Shown here: positions 53,098 to 62,339 of the stretch, piece by piece | Layout: each line of letters starts with the position of its first letter | How positions within the stretch are numbered: the first letter of the stretch is position 1 | Position numbers and translations under genes: made by a program | Assembly: GCA_965205025.1 (NCBI GenBank) | Contig: CBDBFU010000002.1 | Location: 1 to 64,000, forward strand | Reading direction: 5' to 3' | DNA: 64,000 nt | Source: Candidatus Poribacteria bacterium | Lineage (GTDB): Bacteria > Poribacteria > WGA-4E > WGA-3G | The notes under the pieces: generated by a model | The model's database searches: none | Seen by the model: the letters and a program-made list of their open reading frames with translations, nothing else | What the model was told of the DNA's origin: nothing

Positions 53098-53880
53098 ATG
53101 GCAGAACAACCTGTAAACATCCTTGAAACAGAAGAATTAAGTCGACATTACGGTGGTGTTATAGCCTTATCAAAAGTAAATCTGGAAGTACGTTCTGGTC
53201 AAATTTCCAGTTTAATCGGTCCAAACGGTGCTGGCAAAACAACACTATTTAATTGTGTAACGGGATTAGATAAACCCACTATTGGAAAAGTCCGTTTTTC
53301 AGGTAGATATATAACGGGTTTACGTCCAGATGAGGTGACTGGACTGGGAATCGCCAGAACATTCCAAAACATCAGATTATTTAGTGAATTAACTGTCTTA
53401 GACAACGTAAAAATAGGAAGGCATCCTCGTACTTCAAGTTCTTTTCTTGGTTCAGTGTTAAGGACTGCAAAACAAAAACAGGAAGAGAACGAAATTATAG
53501 ATTCTGCCATGGAAATGCTCAATTTTGTTGGATTAGGTGATATTAGCGAACAGAAAGCGGGGAACCTATCCTACGGAGACCAACGGCGTGTTGAAATTGC
53601 CAGAGCATTAGCAACCCAACCAATACTACTTCTCTTAGATGAACCTGCCGCAGGGATGAATCCGCAAGAAACGCAAGAACTTATTGATTTGATATATACC
53701 ATTCGCGAGCAAGGCATATCTGTACTCCTCATAGAACACGACATGAAATTGGTCATGAAAATTTCTGATTGGGTTTCGGTTTTAGATCATGGTGAGAAAA
53801 TTAGTACCGGCATTCCTGCTGATGTACAAAATGATGAACGTGTAATTGCTGCCTACTTAGGAACATCTGATGATGCTTAA
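53098..53880 (+). CDS. livG: branched-chain amino acid ABC transporter ATPase
   Basis: GPNGAGKTT, ARTFQNIRLF, LSYGDQRRVEIARA, DEPAAGMN. Confidence 0.92.
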   Translation: MAEQPVNILETEELSRHYGGVIALSKVNLEVRSGQISSLIGPNGAGKTTLFNCVTGLDKPTIGKVRFSGRYITGLRPDEVTGLGIARTFQNIRLFSELTVLDNVKIGRHPRTSSSFLGSVLRTAKQKQEENEIIDSAMEMLNFVGLGDISEQKAGNLSYGDQRRVEIARALATQPILLLLDEPAAGMNPQETQELIDLIYTIREQGISVLLIEHDMKLVMKISDWVSVLDHGEKISTGIPADVQNDERVIAAYLGTSDDA

Positions 53881-54577
53881 ACTCAAGGATATTCATACAT
53901 ATTACGGAAACATACGTGCTGTCCGTGGAATCTCTATTGAGGTTAATGCAGGCGAAAAAGTGTGTATGATTGGTGCAAATGGTGCAGGTAAATCAACCAC
54001 ACTCATGACAATTTCAGGTGTTAATGCTCCTGTAGAAGGTAGTATAGAATTTGAAGGTGAGGATATAACATCTACCTCAGCAGAAGAACGAGTTACATTT
54101 GGAATTTCGCAAGTGCCTGAAGGACGTCTCATTTTTCCTGATATGACTGTCCTTGAAAACCTTGAACTGGGTGCTTACATTAGGAAAGATACTGTTGAAA
54201 TGAAATCCGATTTGGACAAAATATTCGGGTATTTTCCAATTCTTGCTAATCGTAGGAAACAGAGAGGTGGCAGTCTCAGCGGAGGTGAACAGCAGATGTT
54301 AGCTATCGGGAGATCCCTAATGTCTAATCCGAGACTTCTGCTATTGGATGAACCTTCTTTAGGACTCGCTCCCCTAATTGTCAAACAGATTTTTGAGATT
54401 ATTGAGCAAATTAATGAGGAGGGTACGACAATCCTATTGGTTGAACAGAATGCACAACTTGCTTTGAATGTTACAGACAGAGGTTATGTGATGGAAACGG
54501 GTGAGATAACAATTGATGGCGCCTCATCTGATCTATTAGCGGATGAGCGAGTTAGACAGGCCTACTTGGGGGAATAA
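53870..54577 (+). CDS. livF: branched-chain amino acid ABC transporter ATPase
   Basis: GANGAGKST, VPEGR, LSGGEQQMLA, DEPSLGLAP. Confidence 0.92.
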   Translation: MMLKLKDIHTYYGNIRAVRGISIEVNAGEKVCMIGANGAGKSTTLMTISGVNAPVEGSIEFEGEDITSTSAEERVTFGISQVPEGRLIFPDMTVLENLELGAYIRKDTVEMKSDLDKIFGYFPILANRRKQRGGSLSGGEQQMLAIGRSLMSNPRLLLLDEPSLGLAPLIVKQIFEIIEQINEEGTTILLVEQNAQLALNVTDRGYVMETGEITIDGASSDLLADERVRQAYLGE

Positions 54578-54582
54578 ATTAG

Positions 54583-55437
54583 ATGTTTCCAACGCTAATT
54601 CATTTCGGTACAATTGGTTCGACGCCGATAGGTATTCATAGTTACGGTGTCATGTTGGCGACATCCTTCATAGTTTGCAGCCTGATGTTACAACGCGAGT
54701 TGAACCGTAGAGGGTTTGAAGGTGAAGTTGCACCAACACTGGTCGCTGTAGGTGCTATTGGTGGGATAATCGGAGCAAAAATTTATTTTGTATTACTCGA
54801 TTTTAATATAGAGTGGGATGAGATATTCTCCGCCAGTGGATTGGTTTGGTATGGTGGTCTATTTGGTGGTGCGGCTTCGATAATTTGGTTTATTCATAGA
54901 TCTCCGAACCCTTTCCTACCAACAATTGACGTTATCGGTCCGCTCCTTTTACTTGGCTATGGTATCGGACGTATCGGATGTCTGCTTGCAGGTGATGGGG
55001 ATTACGGCCCACCCACCGATGTACCGTGGGCAATGTCGTTTCCAAACGGTACTGTACCTACCACAGAACTTGTTCACCCTACTCCAATTTATGAAACCCT
55101 TATGTCATTTATATGTTTCGGTGTTCTTTGGGCACAACGGGATAAATATGCGTCAATTCAAGGTCTAATTTTCGGGGCAAGTATTCTGTTGGTGGGTGTG
55201 GAGAGATTTATAGCAGAATTTTGGCGGTTAACACCACGAGTTTTTCCTGAAACATCTTCCTTGTCGTGGTTAACATCCCCACAGGTCGTGAGTATAATTC
55301 TGGTGTGTTTTGGGATTTTCTTTATGGTGTGGATGTATAAGCGTCCGAGGGTTGAAGTGGAAGTTCAAACTCCTGTTCCTGAACCTGAACCAAGAAGTGA
55401 AAAACAAAAAACACAAAGAAGAAGACGGAGAAGGTAA
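54583..55437 (+). CDS. lgt: prolipoprotein diacylglyceryl transferase
   Basis: SYG, GL.WYGG, GRIGCLL.GD..YG.PT.VPW, HPTPIYE. Confidence 0.92.
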   Translation: MFPTLIHFGTIGSTPIGIHSYGVMLATSFIVCSLMLQRELNRRGFEGEVAPTLVAVGAIGGIIGAKIYFVLLDFNIEWDEIFSASGLVWYGGLFGGAASIIWFIHRSPNPFLPTIDVIGPLLLLGYGIGRIGCLLAGDGDYGPPTDVPWAMSFPNGTVPTTELVHPTPIYETLMSFICFGVLWAQRDKYASIQGLIFGASILLVGVERFIAEFWRLTPRVFPETSSLSWLTSPQVVSIILVCFGIFFMVWMYKRPRVEVEVQTPVPEPEPRSEKQKTQRRRRRR

Positions 55438-55438
55438 A

Positions 55439-56701
55439 TTATTCACGCACCTGACCATCCCCATATATAATATATTTATAACTTGTCAATCCTTCCAATC
55501 CCATCGGACCACGGGAGTGGAGTTTTTGTGTACTTATCCCTACCTCAGCACCCAATCCAAATTCGTATCCATCGGTGAATACAGTACTTGCATTGACATA
55601 AACTGCTGCAGAATCTACCTCTTTTAAGAAACGCTCCGCAGCTGAATAACTTTCCGTAATGATTGCATCAGAATGATGTGACCCATACATTTCAATATGG
55701 TCAATCGCTGTATCCATACTATCAACAACCCGAATTGACAGAATATAATCAAGGTATTCTGTTTGCCAATCCTCTTCGGTTGCAGGTTTTGCAGATGAAA
55801 CTATCTTCTGAGTCCGTTCACATCCCCGAATTTCCACATCTTCACGCTGTAGGTTATCACAGATGTTAGGCAGGTATTCTTCAGCAACAGCCTCATGGAC
55901 TAATAATGTCTCTATAGCATTACAGACAGCGACTTTATACCCAACTTTTGCATTCATACAAAGATTGTTTGCCATAGCAAGGTCTGCCGCTGCATCCACA
56001 TATATATGACAGATGCCGTCTGCATGACCGAGTACTGGCACAGCAGATTCCCTCATCAATTTCTGCACGAATTCATTGCTACCACGCGGAATAACGAGAT
56101 CAACATAGTCTGGTAAACTGATGAGTTCATAAACTGCTTGCCGGTCAATGGTCTCAACGAATTGGATTGCATCCGGCACACCTTCTTTAGCTGCGGTATC
56201 ACCCAGTATATTTGCAAGGATCGTATTCGACTGAATTGCTTCAGAACCCCCTCGAAGGATAACACCGTTGCCGGATTTGATGCAAAGTGCTGATACTTCT
56301 ACTGTAACATCTGGTCGTGATTCATATATCACACCGACAACACCGATAGGAACACGTACTGTTCCAATTTTGAGTCCGTTAGGACGTTCTCGCATGCTGA
56401 TAACTTCACCGATCGGGTCGGGTAGTGCTGCGACTTGACGTAGGTTGTCAGCCATTCGATCAATTTTCTTATCATCCAGCAGTAGTCGTTGCATCAGCGG
56501 TTTAGGCACTCCAGTTTTTTCACCATTTTCTAAGTCAATTTGATTCACTGTCTGAATTTCTTTTCTTGACTTAAGTAGGTTTTCAGCCATTGCTAAGAGT
56601 GCGTTATTTCGTATATCGGCGGAACTCCGAGACAAAATACGCATTGCTGATTTTGCTTTTCGTGCTTTCGATTGGATCATGTTCGGTATGTTTTCGTTCA
56701 T
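55439..56701 (-). CDS. proA: gamma-glutamyl phosphate reductase
   Basis: VPIGVVGVIYESRP, VCNAIETLL, DGYEFGLGAEVGISTQKLH.RGPMGL. Confidence 0.96.
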   Translation of the reverse strand: MNENIPNMIQSKARKAKSAMRILSRSSADIRNNALLAMAENLLKSRKEIQTVNQIDLENGEKTGVPKPLMQRLLLDDKKIDRMADNLRQVAALPDPIGEVISMRERPNGLKIGTVRVPIGVVGVIYESRPDVTVEVSALCIKSGNGVILRGGSEAIQSNTILANILGDTAAKEGVPDAIQFVETIDRQAVYELISLPDYVDLVIPRGSNEFVQKLMRESAVPVLGHADGICHIYVDAAADLAMANNLCMNAKVGYKVAVCNAIETLLVHEAVAEEYLPNICDNLQREDVEIRGCERTQKIVSSAKPATEEDWQTEYLDYILSIRVVDSMDTAIDHIEMYGSHHSDAIITESYSAAERFLKEVDSAAVYVNASTVFTDGYEFGLGAEVGISTQKLHSRGPMGLEGLTSYKYIIYGDGQVRE

Positions 56702-56732
56702 ATTATCCTTTATCAATTAGGTGTATAAGACA

Positions 56733-56978
56733 TTATTTCCGTTCTTTAGCGATATGTTTATGAATTAGGTCAAGTACAACTTGTACCAATTCTGTAGGAA
56801 TTGCCATCAACGTACTTGATTCATTCTGTAATGCTTCTTCTGCTTCAGCGATTGCTTCATCCTCTGTTTGTTGATCATAATAATCAATAACGTCTTGCAC
56901 ACGCTTTTCATCCCATTCGATGGGTAATCCTGTTATTAGGTTATTATCAGAACATATGTTGCTATTATTCTTTACCAT
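56733..56978 (-). CDS. small antitoxin-like hypothetical protein
   Basis: P..WDE.RVQ.VI.YY..QTEDEA.AE...T.M.IP.ELV..V pattern of small TA-associated proteins. Confidence 0.55.
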   Translation of the reverse strand: MVKNNSNICSDNNLITGLPIEWDEKRVQDVIDYYDQQTEDEAIAEAEEALQNESSTLMAIPTELVQVVLDLIHKHIAKERK

Positions 56979-57055
56979 CGGATAATTATAGCAGAATTTG
57001 GGCAAGTTAGCAAATATTGTATAATGTAATAGTGTATTTGCGTGTCTGTCAAAGT

Positions 57056-57084
57056 TTGACTCTATTCAACTGTTATGGTATACT
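57056..57084 (+). promoter_or_regulatory. sigma70 promoter for moaDE, upstream of the nested repeat
   Basis: TTGACT-17 nt-TATACT with extended TG. Confidence 0.55.
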
Positions 57085-57154
57085 GATTTTAGTATAATTT
57101 GACGTGAGTTTGATAAATCATATTTTATATTCGGTGCGGTTAGGAAACCGCACC

Positions 57155-57610
57155 ATAGGCGTCAATTTTAGAATATTACTTTATAGAATATGTCTACAAA
57201 TCTACTATTGCTATAACATAACAAGCTATCATACACTAAATGGAGTCCCGTAGGAACGGAATGTTTATAGCAAAGATGCTTGCTTCATATTCTTGAGTCC
57301 CGTAGGGACGGAATGTTTATAGATATACGGGACTGTATCCGTTCTAAAGACACATGGATGTCTTCAATAGACCTGTCTACGAAATGTTTATAGAAGTTCA
57401 TACGTCTCATAAGAACTCCACCTATATGTTGATATAGACATTCCGTCCCTACGGGACTCTTTCGGTTAATTGATCCTTTTTCTATAGACATTCCGTCCCT
57501 ACGGGACTCAAAACAATAAATCATAGTCTAAATTGAGGCTAATAGTGCGGTTGGGAAACCGCACCTACCGGTCTGGGATACAACACTATTTATCTTAAAT
57601 TGACGCTAAT
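57155..57610. mobile_element. REP-targeting MITE with 22-bp target duplication
   Basis: ATAGGCGTCAATTT ... AAATTGACGCTAAT flanked on both sides by GGTGCGGTTAGGAAACCGCACC. Confidence 0.8.
57243..57509. repeat. REP-like array (TATAGACATTCCGTCCCTACGGGACTC), two inverted and two direct copies
   Basis: Copies at 57243, 57295, 57433 and 57482; further copies near 58560, 58609, 63830 and 63880. Confidence 0.9.
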
Positions 57611-57760
57611 GGTGCGGTTAGGAAACCGCACCTACCGGGCGTATAAGAGTAATATTTTTTGAAAAATGAAGCTTATTTGCCTATTATCAAACTCACGTTA
57701 TAATTGACGCAATGCTACGAAGAAATATCGTGGCTTTAATGGAACTGTAAAGGAGTCCAA

Positions 57761-58015
57761 ATGAAGGTTACAGTTAAATACTTTGCCGTATGTCATGAGA
57801 TGTTAGATAGATCCGAAGAAGAGATGGAACTTCCAGAAGATGCTACTGTAAGGACGATATTAAAACGACTTGAGGAGGAATGGCCCGAAATCGCTGAATT
57901 TTATGAAGTGATGCAAATGTCGGTCAATTGGGAGTATGCAACTGAAGACACTGAACTCACAGAAGGTGATGAAGTAGCATTGATTCCACCTGTTACCGGA
58001 GGAACAGATGTTTAA
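57761..58015 (+). CDS. moaD: molybdopterin synthase sulfur carrier subunit
   Basis: V.YFA...GDEVALIPPVTGG, followed by a TDV extension. Confidence 0.92.
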   Translation: MKVTVKYFAVCHEMLDRSEEEMELPEDATVRTILKRLEEEWPEIAEFYEVMQMSVNWEYATEDTELTEGDEVALIPPVTGGTDV

Positions 58016-58448
58016 GATTACTTCTGAAGTTATTACGGGGGAAGAAGTAAAGGAAGCAGTAGAAGCACCGGATGCGGGGGCGGTCGTTTTATTCTTTGGC
58101 ACTGTTCGGAATAATACAGATGGTAGACCGACAAAATATCTTGAATATGAAGCATATCCTCCAATGGCAGAAAAGAAGATGACAGAGATTTCAGAAGAAA
58201 TTGCGGATAAGTGGGGTATCCATCGTGTTGCGATGATTCACCGCGTAGGTAAATTAGAAATCGGTGAAGTCAGTGTGGCTGTAGCGGTTGCTTCTCCACA
58301 TCGAAAAGATGGGTTTGAAGCGTGTCAATATGCTATGAACCGTCTAAAACAGATTGTCCCTATTTGGAAACGTGAGGTATGGGTAGATGGAGAGGCAGAC
58401 TGGGTAAAACCGGATGCTGTGTTTTTTGAAGAATTACCTGAGAGGTAG
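58008..58448 (+). CDS. moaE: molybdopterin synthase catalytic subunit
   Basis: GAVV.F.G.VR, LEYEAY..MA, HRVG.L, HR, PIWKRE. Confidence 0.95.
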   Translation: MFKITSEVITGEEVKEAVEAPDAGAVVLFFGTVRNNTDGRPTKYLEYEAYPPMAEKKMTEISEEIADKWGIHRVAMIHRVGKLEIGEVSVAVAVASPHRKDGFEACQYAMNRLKQIVPIWKREVWVDGEADWVKPDAVFFEELPER

Positions 58449-58530
58449 TTAGTTAACAGATTAAAGACAGAATTTCTCTCCAAACTTGTACCGTGAACTT
58501 CCAGTTTGCGGAATAAAGATGTACAAACTA

Positions 58531-58779
58531 AATCAAGATTAAATAAATAGTTCGGTTGATATAGACATTCCGTCCCTACGGGACTCATTCGGTTAATTGA
58601 TTCGTTTTCTATAGACATTCCGTCCCTACGGGACTCAAGGAATCAAGGAATCAACGGTATGAATGACATTTAGTCATTCACCGGGTATGAATGCTATTTA
58701 GCATTCCCCGTGGTTAGGAAACCGAACCTACCGTGTTTGGGAGAATTAGAATTACCGATTTAAAAAATTAATCTTCATA
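58531..58779. mobile_element. MITE inserted into the loop of a REP
   Basis: AATCAAGATTAA ... TTAATCTTCATA splits GTACAAACT / AAATTTGTGCTAC (intact REP at 52779-52803); interior carries REP doublets. Confidence 0.6.
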
Positions 58780-58819
58780 AAATTTGTGCTACATCGGTAG
58801 CAACTTAGGCTAAAATAGG

Positions 58820-59941
58820 CTATAGACAGAATTTCTCTACAAACTTATTAAAAATATCACTTCCCAGATCAAACTGATCTAACGCCATCCATTCATCAAC
58901 AGTATGTGCCTGTAAAATACTTCCTGGACCTATTATGACAGTATCCATGTGATTTGAAAAGCATGCAGCGTCTGTACTGTATGCGACAGTATGGGGTTTT
59001 GTATCACCCGTAATTTCAAGTGCTGCTTGTATAATTTCTGCATCAGGTGCTGTACGTACAGGACCTGCATTAATGAATAGATCAAAATCTAACTCGTACT
59101 TCTCAGCAGATTCGCGTGCTTTATTTATCCATAATTCAGCATCATCCCCTGGCATTGGACGGTAGTTTATAGTACATACACTCTCAGGTGAGGTTATGTT
59201 TGCTGTACACCCGCCATCATTGATGGTGATATTCCAGTCCGTATATGGTGGTGTAAATTCTGTATTGTAGTATTTGGTGTCCGTGGTTAATTCCTGATAG
59301 ATATCACGCATTTCTGAAAGGAATGGAATTAGTTTTAAGGTAGCATTATCACCTTCACCCGTACTACTATGTGCAGCACGTCCGTGTGCAGTCACAGAAA
59401 ATCGTACTGCTCCTTTGTGTGCGTATACGGCTTTCAATTCCGTAGGTTCACCGACTACCCCGTATTGTGGGAATCCATATTTTTGAAACATTTCTGACTT
59501 TGCTGCGACGGCTCTTGCCCCAAAATAGCCGACCTCTTCGTCAGCGGTTATCACAACATAAAGAGGTGCATCTAATTGGGATGGAGAATAACGGGATGCA
59601 ACCTCAATCATACAGGAAACGCTTCCCTTCATATCACAACTTCCACGTCCGTACATTTTGCCATCAACAATCCGTGCTTCAAATGGATTTTCTGACCAAC
59701 CGACTGCTGGAACAGTGTCTATGTGTCCAAGCAAGGCGAGTCCCCGTTCACCAGAGTTGCGTCCCTTTCTACCTATCAGATTGACTTTAAGGACACCCGC
59801 TGGATCGGTATATTCCACACGTTCAACTTCACAATCAATGGACTCTAACACTCCGGTGAGGTAATCCATGACTTCAACGTTGGTTTTGGAACTTACGGTA
59901 TCATACGTGATGAGAGTCTTCGTTAATTCTATTGCATTCAT
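58820..59941 (-). CDS. argE: acetylornithine deacetylase-like M20 peptidase
   Basis: GHIDTVP, GRGSCDMKG, ADEEVG, GEPT, AH.VDEW. Confidence 0.8.
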   Translation of the reverse strand: MNAIELTKTLITYDTVSSKTNVEVMDYLTGVLESIDCEVERVEYTDPAGVLKVNLIGRKGRNSGERGLALLGHIDTVPAVGWSENPFEARIVDGKMYGRGSCDMKGSVSCMIEVASRYSPSQLDAPLYVVITADEEVGYFGARAVAAKSEMFQKYGFPQYGVVGEPTELKAVYAHKGAVRFSVTAHGRAAHSSTGEGDNATLKLIPFLSEMRDIYQELTTDTKYYNTEFTPPYTDWNITINDGGCTANITSPESVCTINYRPMPGDDAELWINKARESAEKYELDFDLFINAGPVRTAPDAEIIQAALEITGDTKPHTVAYSTDAACFSNHMDTVIIGPGSILQAHTVDEWMALDQFDLGSDIFNKFVEKFCL

Positions 59942-60042
59942 AGTTTCGTATTCTACAAATAAGCAGGAAGTATGTCAATTCTTTTTTGTATCATTGGTTT
60001 CTGATTTATAGTAAACTTTAGATTTAATTAGACACTTTACTT

Positions 60043-60130
60043 GTAGGAGCGACCTCCCGGTCGCGACCAGGAGGTCGCTCCTACAGAAGAGGGGCCCGGT
60101 CGCGACCAGGAGGTCGCTCCTACAGAAGAG
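60043..60130. repeat. GTAG-family REP doublet with a tandem partial duplication
   Basis: GTAGGAGCGACCTCC-CGGTCGCGACCA-GGAGGTCGCTCCTAC, then a repeat of the 3' part. Confidence 0.85.
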
Positions 60131-60177
60131 GTGTGGGACGCAAACGTAAGTTGAGCCAACTGTAGACATATTATTTT

Positions 60178-60609
60178 TTGGAGGTTTTCTTGAAATATAA
60201 CAATAATATCTATTCATCTATTTTCTATTTAGCATTCGCATGTATGCTCCTGACCATACCATTTATGTTGGGATGTAGTGGCAAAACAATTGAAACTGAT
60301 AGTTCTGACATGCCAACCCTATCTGGGACAATTACAGAAATTGACGACCATGGAAACGCGGTTACAGATATAACTGTCCAAGCATTTACAAAAAACGGCT
60401 GGAAACTTGGAGATAGTCTTGAAGTAGCTTTCTCAACAGGACAAAAGATAACTATAAAATATGTTGAGAATTATAGCGATGTACCTGATGGTGATTATTT
60501 AGGTCGGTTTTCTACTTCGACTGGTCATTTCAAGATTGCTATTAATAACGGTTATCTTGCAGGTGCTTTGAAATTAAAAGCTCCAACGCAAATTGGTATT
60601 ACAAAGTAG
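60178..60609 (+). CDS. lipoprotein resembling a stand-alone DUF62 C-terminal domain
   Basis: Lipobox MLGC; G.I..ID.HGN..T.I, Y.DVP.G, S.G...IAIN.G. Exact start uncertain. Confidence 0.7.
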   Translation: MEVFLKYNNNIYSSIFYLAFACMLLTIPFMLGCSGKTIETDSSDMPTLSGTITEIDDHGNAVTDITVQAFTKNGWKLGDSLEVAFSTGQKITIKYVENYSDVPDGDYLGRFSTSTGHFKIAINNGYLAGALKLKAPTQIGITK

Positions 60610-60669
60610 CGTTTGTTCTATAGTAAAACCTATATCTGTTAACATCCGATTGAGAAATCTACAACTCCA

Positions 60670-61430
60670 TTCACGGAAACCTTCACGGAGCAATTCTACG
60701 GACCCTTATCCTATAAGGGTTTATAATTTAAAGTATACCCATTCTCCGTGAATCACATATGTTAATCACACTACAACTTAATTGTGTGTTGAGTTTTCTA
60801 TAGACATAGTACTCCGCTGGAGTACGGTATTTTTGATATACAAAACTGAATAAAAATAGACTTATCATTAGATACTCAGCTTCCTCTGAATTAGAATTGT
60901 TAATCCTAATATACAGACAATAAATAAGGTCTAAAAACAGACATTTAATCCTAAATACTCGAACGGTAGATCGTGTTGGTGTTGCATTCTCTATGCATCG
61001 AAAACATGAAAAAAGTTACACTTTTTGTCACACGGTGTGACATTGAAATTGGTGTAATTTACCTGTATAACCCCTGTCATAGACTGACTTTATTCCACTT
61101 TGAATTGACTTTATAAGAAATTCTAAAAAATGTGTTTTTGTGTTATTGTTGTCCTTCCTGATTTTGAGATTCCCAACGGTTAAAAAGGTATGCTTTTTTG
61201 ACGTATATGAAACTCTGTAATTAGGATCGTTTTCGTGTAATGGATTAGCAAATATAAAATGAACTGTATGATATGGCATAAATATATTTTCCTTTTGACA
61301 AACATTATTGAGATGTTTGTCTATTCTTGTGATATATGTATGTTAGTTGTTAGAGATGAATGTTTTCTTCATTTTTTTTGTTTGATTGGTTTCATTTACT
61401 TCTTATTAATGCCAAATACTTTACACACCC
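60670..61430. repeat. ~760-bp non-coding modular repeat ending in the GGGTGTGTAAAGT-type TIR
   Basis: Left part matches 17367-17670, right part matches 18896-19431. Confidence 0.85.
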
Positions 61431-61671
61431 CGATACTCCGTAATAAGTTGATTTTTCTGACGGATTCTTATACAATGTAGATAAGTGGGAACATCAGAAA
61501 ACAATTCGTTTTTTGTGTTCAATTAGGGGGTTACAGCCCCCTAATTTTTTATTTCATATACCATATAAACCTAATCAATACAGGGGATTATCGCACTTTT
61601 CATACATTTTACCAAGTCTAAAACAACTAATTCCGAAACCGAATGATGCTGAATGAAAAAAGGAGAAAACG

Positions 61672-62058
61672 ATGACGATTAGATTTGTATCAATCATTCT
61701 ATTTGTGTCGATCCTCAATATGCCGATGCTCGTATCCGCGCAGGAGTCGGTATCTGAAGCACAGCAAGCTCGCGCTGATGCTGAAAAAGATGCTGAACAG
61801 AACGTTTCCTCACTCGCATGGGGATTCGGAGGTTTTGCGTTTAACGTTTTTGGCGTTGGCTATGCATACTTTGCAACCCCACGCATACCCGCAGGGACGT
61901 TACTTGAAAAAACACCAACGTATACTGAGACTTATACCCAAGTATACCGCTATCACGCCAAGCGGCGACGGCTGCAAGCCTCTGTTATCGGTTTGGGTGT
62001 ATTAATTGCTATTGGTATATTGGCTAGAACTTTTCGTAAAAGCCGTCAAAATTCATAA
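61672..62058 (+). CDS. secreted/membrane hypothetical protein
   Basis: AGGAG RBS, signal peptide, A..DAE.DA motif, hydrophobic segments. Confidence 0.75.
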   Translation: MTIRFVSIILFVSILNMPMLVSAQESVSEAQQARADAEKDAEQNVSSLAWGFGGFAFNVFGVGYAYFATPRIPAGTLLEKTPTYTETYTQVYRYHAKRRRLQASVIGLGVLIAIGILARTFRKSRQNS

Positions 62059-62188
62059 ACAAAAAGGGATGGGTTGCTGGTAGGTTTGAATGGAAGTGGT
62101 ATGGAAGAAGAGAAGGATGGAAGATTGTGAGTGGAAGGTTATCTGAATGAATGTTGATATACAGCTAATCAGCGTGTAGGATTCTGTC

Positions 62189-62231
62189 TTGTCTGAATCA
62201 CGGATTACGCAGATTACACGGATTACACGGA
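62189..62231. repeat. 9-bp-period tandem repeat (ACACGGATT-like)
   Basis: TTGTCTGAATCACGGATTACGCAGATTACACGGATTACACGGA. Confidence 0.75.
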
Positions 62232-62339
62232 ATGGAATTGGTGGTATAAGGTTTCTTGGACAGGATAGATGTTTGTGGATCTGAACCATGGATTACTTTG
62301 ATCACTCCGCTCCTTGTATATCTCAACGAGTGGAAGTTG

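Larger units (their letters stand above)
57100..57700. mobile_element. nested composite element: outer MITE > REP > inner MITE > REP array
   Basis: Outer TIR TGACGTGAGTTTGATAA / TTATCAAACTCACGTTA. Confidence 0.8.

Noticed and set aside
53098-56701. livGF without permeases and proA without proB, as unusual systems
   Set aside because: Dispersed operons are common; the partners are probably elsewhere in the genome.
57285-57524. Short ORFs in repeat regions (also 58325-58618, 59975-60217, 63789-63986)
   Set aside because: They are translations of REP palindromes with no protein-like signal.
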